Below are positions 1 through 8,328 of a DNA stretch of 32,000 nt, in pieces (position 1 is the first letter of the stretch; every line of letters begins with the position of its first letter). This stretch comes from Synechocystis sp. PCC 6803 substr. PCC-P (GTDB taxonomy: Bacteria > Cyanobacteriota > Cyanobacteriia > Cyanobacteriales > Microcystaceae), in NCBI RefSeq assembly GCF_000284455.1, contig NC_017039.1, positions 840,001-872,000 on the forward strand, in the 5' to 3' direction. The position numbers and the translations under genes are program-made. Under the pieces are notes generated by a model, which did not search any database, was not told the origin of the DNA, and saw nothing but the letters and a program-made list of their open reading frames with translations.

Positions 1-50
1 ACGTAACGGGCGATCGCCTTGACCTCGGCCGTCGTATCAAGTTTTGTCAT
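1..50 (-). CDS. rplV: 50S ribosomal protein L22, first 16 codons only (gene runs off the left edge)
   Basis: The reverse complement of 1-50 reads ATG ACA AAA CTT GAT ACG ACG GCC GAG GTC AAG GCG ATC GCC CGT TAC (MTKLDTTAEVKAIARY) and is open to the edge. It starts 15 nt after the rpsS stop and is preceded by GAGG. The position after S19 matches the conserved operon order. Confidence 0.75.
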   Translation of the reverse strand, partial: MTKLDTTAEVKAIARY

Positions 51-65
51 ACTGCTTACCTCTGG

Positions 66-344
66 TTACTTACGCGCTTTTTTATCGCTTTTAGAATGAC
101 TGCGGAAGGTGCGAGTCGGCGCAAATTCCCCCAACTTATGGCCCACCATTTGCTCGGAAACAAACACAGGCACATGCTGACGACCGTTGTGGACGGCAAT
201 GGTATGACCCACCATTTGGGGAAGAATTGTCGAAGCCCGGGACCAGGTTTTAACCACCTGCTTATCCCCCTTGTCATTGAGCTTGTCAATTTTGCGGAGC
301 AGGGAAGCAGCCACAAAAGGACCTTTTTTCAGTGAACGACCCAT
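66..344 (-). CDS. rpsS: 30S ribosomal protein S19
   Basis: 92-aa ORF with ATG at 344. It has the canonical S19 N-terminus [11 protein letters not shown] and the HNGRQHVPV core, and it lies between rplB and rplV. Confidence 0.95.
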   Translation of the reverse strand: MGRSLKKGPFVAASLLRKIDKLNDKGDKQVVKTWSRASTILPQMVGHTIAVHNGRQHVPVFVSEQMVGHKLGEFAPTRTFRSHSKSDKKARK

Positions 345-376
345 AGTTCAGTTCCAACGAATAAAAACAAAAATAG

Positions 377-1207
377 TTATTTGGTGCGACGGCGGACAAT
401 CAGAGCGCTACTGCGTTTCTTCTTGTTGCGGGTCTTGGCACCCAAAGCTGGTTTACCCCAGGGAGACACAGGCCCGGAACGACCGATGGGGGCCCGGCCT
501 TCACCACCACCATGGGGGTGATCACAGGGGTTCATCACACTACCCCGGACATGGGGACGACGACCTAAGTGACGCTTACGACCGGCTTTTCCTAGCTTAA
601 GGTTACGGAATTCGGCATTACTAACTCGACCCAGGGTAGCCACACACTCTTTACGAACCATACGCACTTCCTTGGACGGCAGTTTGATGGTCACGTAATC
701 TCCTTCCTTAGCCACCACCTGGGCAAAAGCTCCAGCAGAACGCACCATTTGGCCGCCCCGCCCTGCTACCAATTCCACGTTGTGTATTTCACTACCAAGG
801 GGAATGCGGCTCAGGGGTAAGGTGTTGCCAATTTCAAAGGGGGCTTCTTCCCCAGCAATAACGGTCATGCCTACCTGTAATCCAGCGGGAGCAAGAATAT
901 AACGCTTTTCCCCGTCGGTGTAGAACAGCAGGGCAATGCGGGCATTGCGGTTGGGATCGTATTCGATCGCCGCTACCCGGGCCGGAATATTTTGCTTGTT
1001 ACGTTTGAAGTCGATAATCCGGTAGAGCTTTTTATGGCCGCCCCCCCGGTGACGACTGGTGATCACCCCACGGTTGTTGCGACCTTTTTGGTCATGGCGG
1101 TTAGTGGTTAATGACTTCTCCGGCTTACTCTTGGTAATTTCAGTGAAATCGGAGACACTTGCCTGCCGAGTTCCTGGGGTCATTGGCCGATAATTACGAA
1201 TACCCAT
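377..1207 (-). CDS. rplB: 50S ribosomal protein L2
   Basis: 276-aa ORF with L2 hallmarks: [17 protein letters not shown], and [14 protein letters not shown] near the C-terminus. Confidence 0.96.
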
Positions 1208-1256
1208 GGGTTTAGATAACAGTTAATTCAGTATTCAGTGGTGGTCTAAACGTGAC

Positions 1257-1562
1257 TTACACGTCAGGGAAGAGTTGGATGCTGTCCCCTTCCTTGAGGG
1301 TGACAACGGCCCGCTTCACTTGAGCTTTGAAACCCATGAAACGACCAACCCGTTTCTTTCTGCGGGGCATACGGGCAGTATTTACCCCTGTTACTTTGAC
1401 GTCAAACAAAAGTTCGATCGCCGCTTTGATTTCCGGTTTGGTGGCTTCAGGGCGCACATCAAAGACGTATTTGTTGTCTTCGAGTTGTAGCGTGGCCTTT
1501 TCCGTCACAATCGGTTTAATAATTAAGTCCGCCAAACGACGCTGATCAATTACCTTACTCAC
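1257..1562 (-). CDS. rplW: 50S ribosomal protein L23
   Basis: The L23 core [24 protein letters not shown] is present. I place the start at the GTG at 1562-1560, giving 101 aa (typical L23 length). This GTG overlaps the rplD stop in GTGAGTAA, consistent with translational coupling. The ORF-track ATG at 1619 would add a Pro-rich 19 aa inside rplD. Confidence 0.88.
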   Translation of the reverse strand: MSKVIDQRRLADLIIKPIVTEKATLQLEDNKYVFDVRPEATKPEIKAAIELLFDVKVTGVNTARMPRRKKRVGRFMGFKAQVKRAVVTLKEGDSIQLFPDV

Positions 1563-2187
1563 CGTAAACCTCCTGGATTTTCTCGAGGGCAGTGGCGGTG
1601 GCCACAATGGTGTCTGCAACGAGAACGTCGTAGATATTGAGGTTATCTGCCCGTAAAATTTTCAAATAGGGAATGTTGCGCCCAGAAAGAAAGACATTTT
1701 CTGGAATTTCATCAAGGATCAACAACACCCGTTTTTCTGGTTTGGCACCCCAGCGAGTCAAGGCCGTGGCCAACTCCTTGGTTTTAGGTTGGCTGAATTG
1801 ATCACCAAAGGCTTCCACCACCACCATGTTGTCGGCTCGGGAGGCGATCGCCGTTCTCAGGGCCAAACGACGTTCCTTGCGGTTCATTTTTTGGCTGTAA
1901 TCTCGAGGCTTAGGCCCAAAGATCACACCACCACCCCGCCAGAGGGGAGAACGAATCGAACCAGCCCGGGCCCGCCCCGTACCCTTTTGTTTCCAGGGTT
2001 TGCGACCCCCCCCCCGGACTTCAGCCCGGGTTTTAGCGGAGGCGTTGCCTTGGCGGGCATTATTTTGTTGCCGCACCAGGGCCCGGTGGACAATGTGGGC
2101 CGCATTTTCTTCCTTAGCAACCCTTAGGGTCAGAGAAGCATTGCCCACTTCTTCCCCCTGCCAGTTTTTTACAATACAATCAACCAT
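1555..2187 (-). CDS. rplD: 50S ribosomal protein L4
   Basis: 210-aa ORF with the L4 signature [30 protein letters not shown]. Confidence 0.95.
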   Translation of the reverse strand: MVDCIVKNWQGEEVGNASLTLRVAKEENAAHIVHRALVRQQNNARQGNASAKTRAEVRGGGRKPWKQKGTGRARAGSIRSPLWRGGGVIFGPKPRDYSQKMNRKERRLALRTAIASRADNMVVVEAFGDQFSQPKTKELATALTRWGAKPEKRVLLILDEIPENVFLSGRNIPYLKILRADNLNIYDVLVADTIVATATALEKIQEVYGE

Positions 2188-2226
2188 AATTTTGTTCCTT
2201 CAGCAGTGACGGATAAAAAAGGCAAC

Positions 2227-2868
2227 TTAGCCCCGACCAACGGTTTTCGCAGGGGTGATGTTCAACAAAGTGCCGGGTTTACCAGGTAAAGCCCCTTTGA
2301 TGATCAGCAAGTTCCGCTCCGCATCCACCCGCACCACTGTCAAGCGACGGACGGTAACCTGGGAAGCCCCATACTGTCCGGCCATTCTTTTACCGGGATA
2401 GACCCGACCGGGGGTAGTACCAGCTCCCGTAGAACCGGGCAGACGGTGGTTTTTGGAACCGTGGGTCATGTTACCCCGACGGAAATTATGGCGTTTTTGG
2501 TAGCCAGCAAAACCCCGACCCATACTTTGACCGGCTACATCGACTAGGTCTCCAGCTTGGAAAATGTCCGCTGTGACTGCATCCCCGGGTTGCAGGTTAG
2601 GAGCGTCCGTCAAACGGTACTCCTTCAAATGACGCATAGGATCAGTGTTCGACTTCTTCAAATGTCCCAACTCAGGCTTGGACAGCGCCTTTTCTTTAAC
2701 AGGCAAAAAACCGACTTGGATAGCGTTATAGCCGTCGGTGTCCTGGGTTTTCACCTGGGTTACGGGACAGGGACCCGCTTGCACCACCGTCACAGGGATG
2801 GAAATGCCGCTTTCTTGATCAAATATCTGGGTCATGCCCAGCTTTGTTCCTAAAATACCGATAGACAC
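2227..2868 (-). CDS. rplC: 50S ribosomal protein L3
   Basis: 213-aa ORF with a GTG start at 2868-2866, preceded by AGAGGG 6 nt upstream. It has the L3 N-terminus [14 protein letters not shown] and is the first gene of the operon in this window. Confidence 0.94.
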   Translation of the reverse strand: MSIGILGTKLGMTQIFDQESGISIPVTVVQAGPCPVTQVKTQDTDGYNAIQVGFLPVKEKALSKPELGHLKKSNTDPMRHLKEYRLTDAPNLQPGDAVTADIFQAGDLVDVAGQSMGRGFAGYQKRHNFRRGNMTHGSKNHRLPGSTGAGTTPGRVYPGKRMAGQYGASQVTVRRLTVVRVDAERNLLIIKGALPGKPGTLLNITPAKTVGRG

Positions 2869-3170
2869 GGTAACCCTCTACCTAAATAAAAGTGTAAATA
2901 AACAAGCAGAAAGGCTCCCCGGACATAAAGCGACGACCAGCGGCAATAACCTTTGGTCAACAGCTTCATAGCCAGTGAATAACTAATTCAGTTACGTCGA
3001 TGGAGCGTTTCAATCAAGCTTTGCTTGAGAGACCACCTTCGGCCCTAGCGGTAGGGAGAGTTAGTCCTACATAGGCACAAAAGGGGGATGACCGCAATTC
3101 CTGATCAGACTTAAAAGCCTAAGCATTCAGTATCCGCAGGGGGTCGTAAAAAATAGCAGTGGAACGTTTT

Positions 3171-3192
3171 GATATTATTTCTATCTAATATC
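3171..3192. promoter_or_regulatory. AT-rich palindrome GATATTA-N8-TAATATC, a candidate Fur/PerR-type operator or 5' RNA hairpin
   Basis: Perfect 7-bp inverted arms at 3171-3177 and 3186-3192. It sits in the divergent rplC/dps region, about 15-35 nt downstream of the candidate minus-strand promoter and 168 nt upstream of the dps ATG. Confidence 0.3.
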
Positions 3193-3213
3193 CAGTTTTG
3201 ACCGCGATTAATC

Positions 3214-3242
3214 ATCATAGCCCTAAAGGGAATCCCCGTCAA
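3214..3242 (-). promoter_or_regulatory. Candidate sigma-70-type promoter reading toward rplC (-35 TTGACG, 17-nt spacer, -10 TATGAT)
   Basis: On the minus strand, TTGACG (3242-3237) is followed by a 17-nt spacer (3236-3220) and TATGAT (3219-3214). If used, it would give a leader of about 340 nt before the rplC GTG. Sequence match only; no transcript data. Confidence 0.4.
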
Positions 3243-3359
3243 ATTAATTTTCTTCCTAGGCCATGCCCCAACCTTACAAGAACAAGCATTCTTTCGTTGA
3301 CGCGCAAATTTCGTTAAAATGGTACTGTGTTAAATTTTGTTAAACGGAGATAATCCAGT

Positions 3360-3830
3360 ATGGCTACGATTAATATCGGCATTCCTGAAGCGGACCGCAT
3401 CAAAATTGCAGAGTCCTTGAAAAAACTGTTAGCCGATACCTACACCCTTTATCTACAAACCCACAACTTCCACTGGAACGTTACCGGCCCCCAATTCCGC
3501 GACCTCCATCTCATGTTTGAAGAACAGTACAATGAGTTGGCCCTGGCGGTGGATGACATTGCTGAGCGTATCCGCAGTTTGGATGTTTTTGCCCCCGGTA
3601 CCTATAAGGAGTTCGCTAAACTGAGTTCGGTGCAAGAAGTGGACGGCATTCCCACCAGCAAAGAAATGGTCGATATTTTGACCAAGGGGCACGAAACCAT
3701 TGTCCAGTCCTGTCGGGATGTGCTCAAATGCTCTCAGCCTGCCGATGATGAGTCCACCATCGCTTTGGCTTCGGACCGGATGCGGGTCCATGAAAAAACG
3801 GCTTGGATGTTGCGGGCCATGAATAAATAG
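3360..3830 (+). CDS. mrgA: Dps-family DNA-binding ferritin-like stress protein
   Basis: 156-aa ORF with GGAG 9 nt upstream of the ATG. It has the Dps motif [31 protein letters not shown] and a later DDIAERI helix. The symbol comes from my memory of the Synechocystis Dps homologue upstream of argB/ureF and is unverified. Confidence 0.9.
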
Positions 3831-3867
3831 GCTTTAGCTTTAGTCCTACCTACTCCTGGCTGGAGCT

Positions 3868-4476
3868 TTACTCAAATTTTGGCCTAGGCAATTCGCCTAG
3901 GTAGCGGGATAGGTAGGGGGAAAAAATTTCGTAAATTAGGGTTAGGGGTTTACGGTCATGCCAGAAAAGGTAATGACGGCCCCAAAAAGGCCCTTCTTGG
4001 CCAAAAGCCTTAGCTAGGGTCCGATTATGGCCGCAGTATATGGCTTGGATATCCCGATACAGCTCGGTGTGCAACCGGGAAAGGCTGTCCCAAATGGGTA
4101 AACTACGATTTTGCAAATACTCGTCCACATGGCTAGCATCCCACCAGGAAACCGCATAGGCCAGTCTTTGGCCAGACTTGGTCCTTAGCCATACCTGTCG
4201 CCGCAGGTGGGGGCCGGGCACCGTGTTAATTTGGGGGGGAGCGCCGTCGTCCCTGGGGCTCACTGGAGCCATGTCAATCACATCCACCTCTGTCTTTTCC
4301 CCGGTGAGTAGTTGCAGGTGCCTGGTGGGGGAACCATCCCCGAGGATGAGGATCTGCCATGGAGGGGGCAGGACGCTGTGGGGTAGACCATGCCTAACGT
4401 CGTGTTGATCCCCCTGCCAGAGTAGGTCCAGTGAATGCCAAGCAAGGGAAGGGGAAACGGCCGGAGAAAGCTTCAA
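3868..4476 (-). CDS. ycf21: Ycf21 / chorismate pyruvate-lyase (DUF98) family protein
   Basis: 202-aa ORF containing LILGDGSPTRHLQLLTGEKTEVDVI, the conserved core of the chorismate-lyase/Ycf21 fold. The most upstream start is a TTG at 4476 and there is no in-frame ATG until residue 69, so the start is uncertain. Confidence 0.7.
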   Translation of the reverse strand: MKLSPAVSPSLAWHSLDLLWQGDQHDVRHGLPHSVLPPPWQILILGDGSPTRHLQLLTGEKTEVDVIDMAPVSPRDDGAPPQINTVPGPHLRRQVWLRTKSGQRLAYAVSWWDASHVDEYLQNRSLPIWDSLSRLHTELYRDIQAIYCGHNRTLAKAFGQEGPFWGRHYLFWHDRKPLTLIYEIFSPYLSRYLGELPRPKFE

Positions 4477-4482
4477 GGGGAA

Positions 4483-5649
4483 ATGCCTGTGCGTTACAAA
4501 ACTTTACATTTTCGTGACTTTTCTGATGATAACAAACTCAAGCTACGGCGGTGGGCTTTCTGGGCTATGGCGATCGCCGTTTTTGTTGGGATCATTAGCG
4601 GGTCATGGTTAACTTCCCCAGGGGGATCGGTGGGGCTTGGGCAGACACTTCCACCCCGGAAGGATTTACGCATAGCAGTGATCAGTGACCTTAACAGTGC
4701 CTATGGTTCCACCAGTTATGAGCCGGAGGTACACAAGGCGTTGGAGCTAATTCCCAGTATGAAACCGGATCTTGTCCTCTGTAGTGGAGACATGGTGGCG
4801 GGGCAGAGTCCTAAATTAACCAATGCCCAAATTCAAGCCATGTGGGAAGCCTTTGACCGGGGGGTGGCCCATCCTTTACGACGGGCTGGAATTCCCTTTG
4901 GTTTTACGATGGGGAACCACGATGCTTCCGGTGCTCTGGATCAAAATCGTCGTTTTCGGTTTCAAAATGAACGGGATTTGGCGGCCCGTTATTGGCGCAA
5001 CCCGGCCCATGATCCAGGCATAACTTTCCTGGATAAAAGTGATTTCCCCTTTTATTACACCTTCACTCAGAATGGTGTTTTTTTTCTGGTCTGGGACGGG
5101 TCAACTCATCTTATACCTGCGGAAAAATTGGCTTGGGTAGAAAAAGCTTTGGCCAGTGCTCCGGCTCGGCAAGCTAAGTTACGACTGGCGATCGGTCATT
5201 TGCCTCTCTATGGTGTGGCGGAAGGTCGCAATAAGCCGGGGGAGGTGATGGCCAACGCTGAGCAGTTAAGGGCCTTGTTGGAAAAGTATAATGTTCATAC
5301 CTATGTCAGCGGGCACCAACACGCTTACTATCCTGGTCGGCGAGGAAATTTGGAATTGCTCCACACGGGCCTATTGGGGGCGGGCCCCAGAGCTTTAATT
5401 GGTCAAGAACGGCGATCGCCAAAGACGTTAACCATTTTGGATTTCACGTTCGATCAACCGGGGCAGGTGCAATACACCACCTACGACATGAAGAATTTGG
5501 CTACTGTGAGACTGGAATCTTTACCCCGGTTTCTGTTGGGCCATAATGGTCGGGTAATCCGTCGCGACCTGAGGCAAGGGAATTTAACCCCAGCGGAACA
5601 GCAGGCCTGCATAAAAAATTTAGGTTCTGCCCTATGCAATACAAAGTGA
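4483..5649 (+). CDS. Membrane-anchored calcineurin-like metallophosphoesterase
   Basis: One N-terminal TM segment (WAFWAMAIAVFVGIISGSWL), followed by the metallophosphoesterase motifs SGDMVAG, GNHD, IGHLP and SGHQH. The ATG at 4483 is preceded by AAGGGG. An upstream in-frame ATG at 4435 is also possible. Confidence 0.8.
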   Translation: MPVRYKTLHFRDFSDDNKLKLRRWAFWAMAIAVFVGIISGSWLTSPGGSVGLGQTLPPRKDLRIAVISDLNSAYGSTSYEPEVHKALELIPSMKPDLVLCSGDMVAGQSPKLTNAQIQAMWEAFDRGVAHPLRRAGIPFGFTMGNHDASGALDQNRRFRFQNERDLAARYWRNPAHDPGITFLDKSDFPFYYTFTQNGVFFLVWDGSTHLIPAEKLAWVEKALASAPARQAKLRLAIGHLPLYGVAEGRNKPGEVMANAEQLRALLEKYNVHTYVSGHQHAYYPGRRGNLELLHTGLLGAGPRALIGQERRSPKTLTILDFTFDQPGQVQYTTYDMKNLATVRLESLPRFLLGHNGRVIRRDLRQGNLTPAEQQACIKNLGSALCNTK

Positions 5650-5736
5650 GAAATGGAGCCCTAGGTATGGTGACCAATGGCTAGTTAAAACTACCATGGG
5701 GGTTTGTCCTCAGACTTGCCAATTTTGCGTCAGACC

Positions 5737-6129
5737 ATGGCTGAAGTTATCCCCAACAATCTTCCTCCCCTCACTAAAGACACTTTCTGGGCCATCATTA
5801 ACCAGGAAATCAGTGATGAGGTAGTCAACGCTCTACTTGCTTACTATCTTGGTTATCGATTTGATGGCGATCGCCAAAAATGGGAACTGGGAGAAGTGGA
5901 GTCAAGCTGGGCCCAGGAATATCCGGTCCCCCCCAATTTCATCGAAAACCGTCCCCCCACAGTGAAGTTGACCCGTTCTATTCCGCCGGAAAATAAACAA
6001 TTGCTCAAGGAACAGTTGGGCTTTACGGGCTACAAAATTGGTGAGTTTACTCCCCGCCACACCCGCCGCGCCACAGCGGTCAATTGGCTACTTAGTTACA
6101 TGGCCACACATAATCTGCTCTTGCACTGA
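5737..6129 (+). CDS. Conserved hypothetical protein (about 130 aa, no motif I can name)
   Basis: Clean ORF with host-like codon usage, in an otherwise empty gap. I place the start at the ATG at 5737. The ORF track begins at an in-frame TTG at 5704. Confidence 0.6.
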   Translation: MAEVIPNNLPPLTKDTFWAIINQEISDEVVNALLAYYLGYRFDGDRQKWELGEVESSWAQEYPVPPNFIENRPPTVKLTRSIPPENKQLLKEQLGFTGYKIGEFTPRHTRRATAVNWLLSYMATHNLLLH

Positions 6130-6220
6130 CAAATGCATCGACAAAGAAATGGGCCAGGGAAACTCACTCAACTCCCCAGCCCCAGATTCTCCCTGATCAA
6201 ACCATTGAAAACCAGGATAT

Positions 6221-6583
6221 CTACCAGCCCTTTTCCGCTTGATCAAGCACGTAGGCCGCCACATCTTCCATGTCGCTGTCACTGATGCGACCCTTAAAGC
6301 CAGGCATAGCGCCATTACCATTGGTGATCTGGGCCACAATTGCCGCCACGGAATTTTTACCATTGGCTTCCAAGTCTGCCATTTTTAAGGTTTTGCTGGG
6401 GTTGATGGCATTAAGGCCCCCATTATGACAAGCGGCACAGTTACCGGCAAAGATAGCTTTACCATGGGCTAGGTCAGCGGCTAGGGCGGTGTTACCCAGG
6501 GAAAAAATCCCCCCCAGGAAAATTAGACAGGGGAGGGCAATGCCAAAAAAAATTCGGCTAGCTTGGTTGAATAATTTAAACAT
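6221..6583 (-). CDS. petJ: Cytochrome c6 (c553) precursor
   Basis: Heme-binding CAACH, the Met ligand region NGNGAMPGF, and the signal-peptide cleavage motif ALA-ADLAHG. The start at ATG 6583 (MFKLFNQ) is preceded by GAAAGGAGAA. The ORF-track start at 6613 lies upstream of this Shine-Dalgarno. Confidence 0.93.
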   Translation of the reverse strand: MFKLFNQASRIFFGIALPCLIFLGGIFSLGNTALAADLAHGKAIFAGNCAACHNGGLNAINPSKTLKMADLEANGKNSVAAIVAQITNGNGAMPGFKGRISDSDMEDVAAYVLDQAEKGW

Positions 6584-6624
6584 TAGTTCTCCTTTCAAGG
6601 ATAAAGTCTTCAAGACGCGAAGGT

Positions 6625-6653
6625 ATTATGGGAGGCGGTCCAGGCAAAGTCAA
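6625..6653 (-). promoter_or_regulatory. Candidate petJ promoter (-35 TTGACT, 17 nt, -10 CATAAT)
   Basis: On the minus strand, TTGACT (6653-6648) is followed by a 17-nt spacer and CATAAT (6630-6625). It would give a 5' UTR of about 35 nt. Sequence match only. Confidence 0.45.
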
Positions 6654-6655
6654 AA

Positions 6656-6666
6656 GACAATCTGTC
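6656..6666. promoter_or_regulatory. Palindrome GACA-N3-TGTC abutting the petJ -35 element
   Basis: GACAATCTGTC at 6656-6666, 2 nt upstream of the candidate -35. Its form resembles the xACA-Nn-TGTx boxes of BlaI/CopY-type regulators. Confidence 0.3.
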
Positions 6667-6763
6667 AAAGTTGCGGTCAAGCTAAAATTGGCTAGGTTTG
6701 TGAAGTGGCCATGGCAATGCAATTCCTGAACCACTGTTTTTTATTCTTTCCCCAGCTTTTACG

Positions 6764-8065
6764 ATGGTTTCATGGTGCCGATGGCGATCGCCAAGACGTT
6801 GGTTTTTGTTTGCGTGTCTTGGGCTGTTGCTCAGTGGATTAATCAGTTGCCAGAGCAATTCCCCCCAGAGCATGGAGGGGAAAGTCAGCTTTTGGACTAT
6901 GCAATTGCAGCCAAAATTTAATAAGTATTTTGACGACTTGATTAGTACTTTTGAGCGGAACAATCCGCCGGAGCAGGTGAGTTGGGTAGATATTCCTTGG
7001 AATGCCATGGAGAGTAAAATCCTCAGTGCCGTCTCGGCCAACACAGCCCCCGATGTGGTCAACCTAAACCCCACCTTTTCCTCTTTATTGGCTAGTAAAA
7101 ATGCCTGGCTGAATTTGGAAGAGGAGGTGAGCGCAGAAGTTAAGGCTCGCTATCTGCCCAGTATTTGGCAAGCTAACAGCTTAGGCAACGGTGAAGTATT
7201 CGGTTTTCCCTGGTATCTCACCACCCGCATTACCATCTATAACCAGGATTTATTGCAACAGGCTGGATTATCTACCCCGCCAGCAACCTTTGCCGAATTG
7301 GCGGTGGCGGCTAGGGAAATTAAGGCGAAAACCGGTAAATATGGCTTTTTTGTCACGTTTTCCCCTTCTGATTCCGCCGAAGCCCTAGAAAGCCTGGTAC
7401 AAATGGGGGTACAGTTGGTGGACAGTGATGGCCGGGCCACTTTTAACAGTCCCGCCGGCAAAGTGGCTTTTCAGTATTGGGTTGATTTGTATCAACAAGG
7501 ATTACTGCCACCGGAAGTGCTCACTGAAGGCCATCGTCGAGCGGGGGACCTTTATCAGTCCGGGGCGATCGCCTTTTTATCGGCAGGGCCAGAGCTATTG
7601 GCTAGTTTGGAGAAAAATGCCCCCAGCATTGCTAAAGTTTCCGCCGCCGCGCCCCAAATTGTGGGGGAAACCGGCAAAAGAAATGTGGCTGTAATGAATC
7701 TAGTCATTCCTCGGAGTACCAAAAACCCCACTGGAGCAATTAAATTTGCTGAATTTGTGACCAATACGGACAACCAATTTGCCTTCATCAAAGAAGCCAA
7801 CGTTTTGCCCTCCACCATTGGCGCTGTTGACAAATATCGACAGGAGTTGGCACAAATCAGCAACGCCAGTTCCTTGGAAAATGCTCGTCGGGTAGCATTG
7901 GAACAATTGCCCACCGCAGAGGTGTTAATTCCTCCCATGGCCAACCTTAACCAACTCAAGCGTATCATCTACGAAAATCTTGGAGCGGCGATGGTGGGCA
8001 ACAAAACAGTAGACCAGGCCCTACAGGATGCGGAACAAGTCTGGAATGACAATTTGAAAGGCTAG
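6764..8065 (+). CDS. ABC transporter substrate-binding lipoprotein (family 1, sugar type)
   Basis: 433 aa. It has a signal peptide ending in the lipobox LISC, followed by an SBP family-1 fold (FWTMQ, VDIPWN, APDVVNLNP, GFPWYLTTR). No permease or ATPase gene is adjacent. Confidence 0.85.
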   Translation: MVSWCRWRSPRRWFLFACLGLLLSGLISCQSNSPQSMEGKVSFWTMQLQPKFNKYFDDLISTFERNNPPEQVSWVDIPWNAMESKILSAVSANTAPDVVNLNPTFSSLLASKNAWLNLEEEVSAEVKARYLPSIWQANSLGNGEVFGFPWYLTTRITIYNQDLLQQAGLSTPPATFAELAVAAREIKAKTGKYGFFVTFSPSDSAEALESLVQMGVQLVDSDGRATFNSPAGKVAFQYWVDLYQQGLLPPEVLTEGHRRAGDLYQSGAIAFLSAGPELLASLEKNAPSIAKVSAAAPQIVGETGKRNVAVMNLVIPRSTKNPTGAIKFAEFVTNTDNQFAFIKEANVLPSTIGAVDKYRQELAQISNASSLENARRVALEQLPTAEVLIPPMANLNQLKRIIYENLGAAMVGNKTVDQALQDAEQVWNDNLKG

Positions 8066-8328
8066 ACAAAGGCGGTCACAGTCAAGTCTTCCACATAGCC
8101 CAGCCGTTGTCTTTATCTACTTTATCTAACCCTTCCGCCCGTAGAGATGGGCAGAAATAAGCACAACTTGCAGCGGACCCATTGCCAGGGGCATTACTGA
8201 GAATCTTGCCACAATCAAGGCAACTGTTAGCCCTGAACAGTTTTGACGTTGCCTTTAGCATTTAAACTGACAGGCAGTTTTGCTCCCCGGAGCTAAAACC
8301 CATCTCGACCATTCACCTAGCGATCGCC

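Noticed and set aside
1563-1619. ATG-initiated 120-aa version of rplW
   Set aside because: The extra 19 residues ([19 protein letters not shown]) are Pro-rich, lie wholly inside rplD and are not L23-like. The GTG at 1562 gives the normal 101 aa and a coupled GTGAGTAA junction.
3298-3320. TTGACG (3298-3303) plus TAAAAT (3315-3320) as the dps promoter
   Set aside because: The spacer is only 11 nt, which is incompatible with a sigma-70 promoter. An extended -10 (TGT-TAAATT at 3328-3336) is possible but too weak to call.
6584-6613. 10-aa N-terminal extension of petJ (MKTLSLKGEL)
   Set aside because: The extension would be translated from the Shine-Dalgarno sequence itself (GAAAGGAGAA sits right before the ATG at 6583). 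The signal peptide is complete from MFKLFNQ.
6682-7968. 130-aa and 137-aa antisense ORFs opposite the ABC substrate-binding protein gene
   Set aside because: They are shadow ORFs opposite a well-supported CDS, with no recognisable domains and atypical composition.
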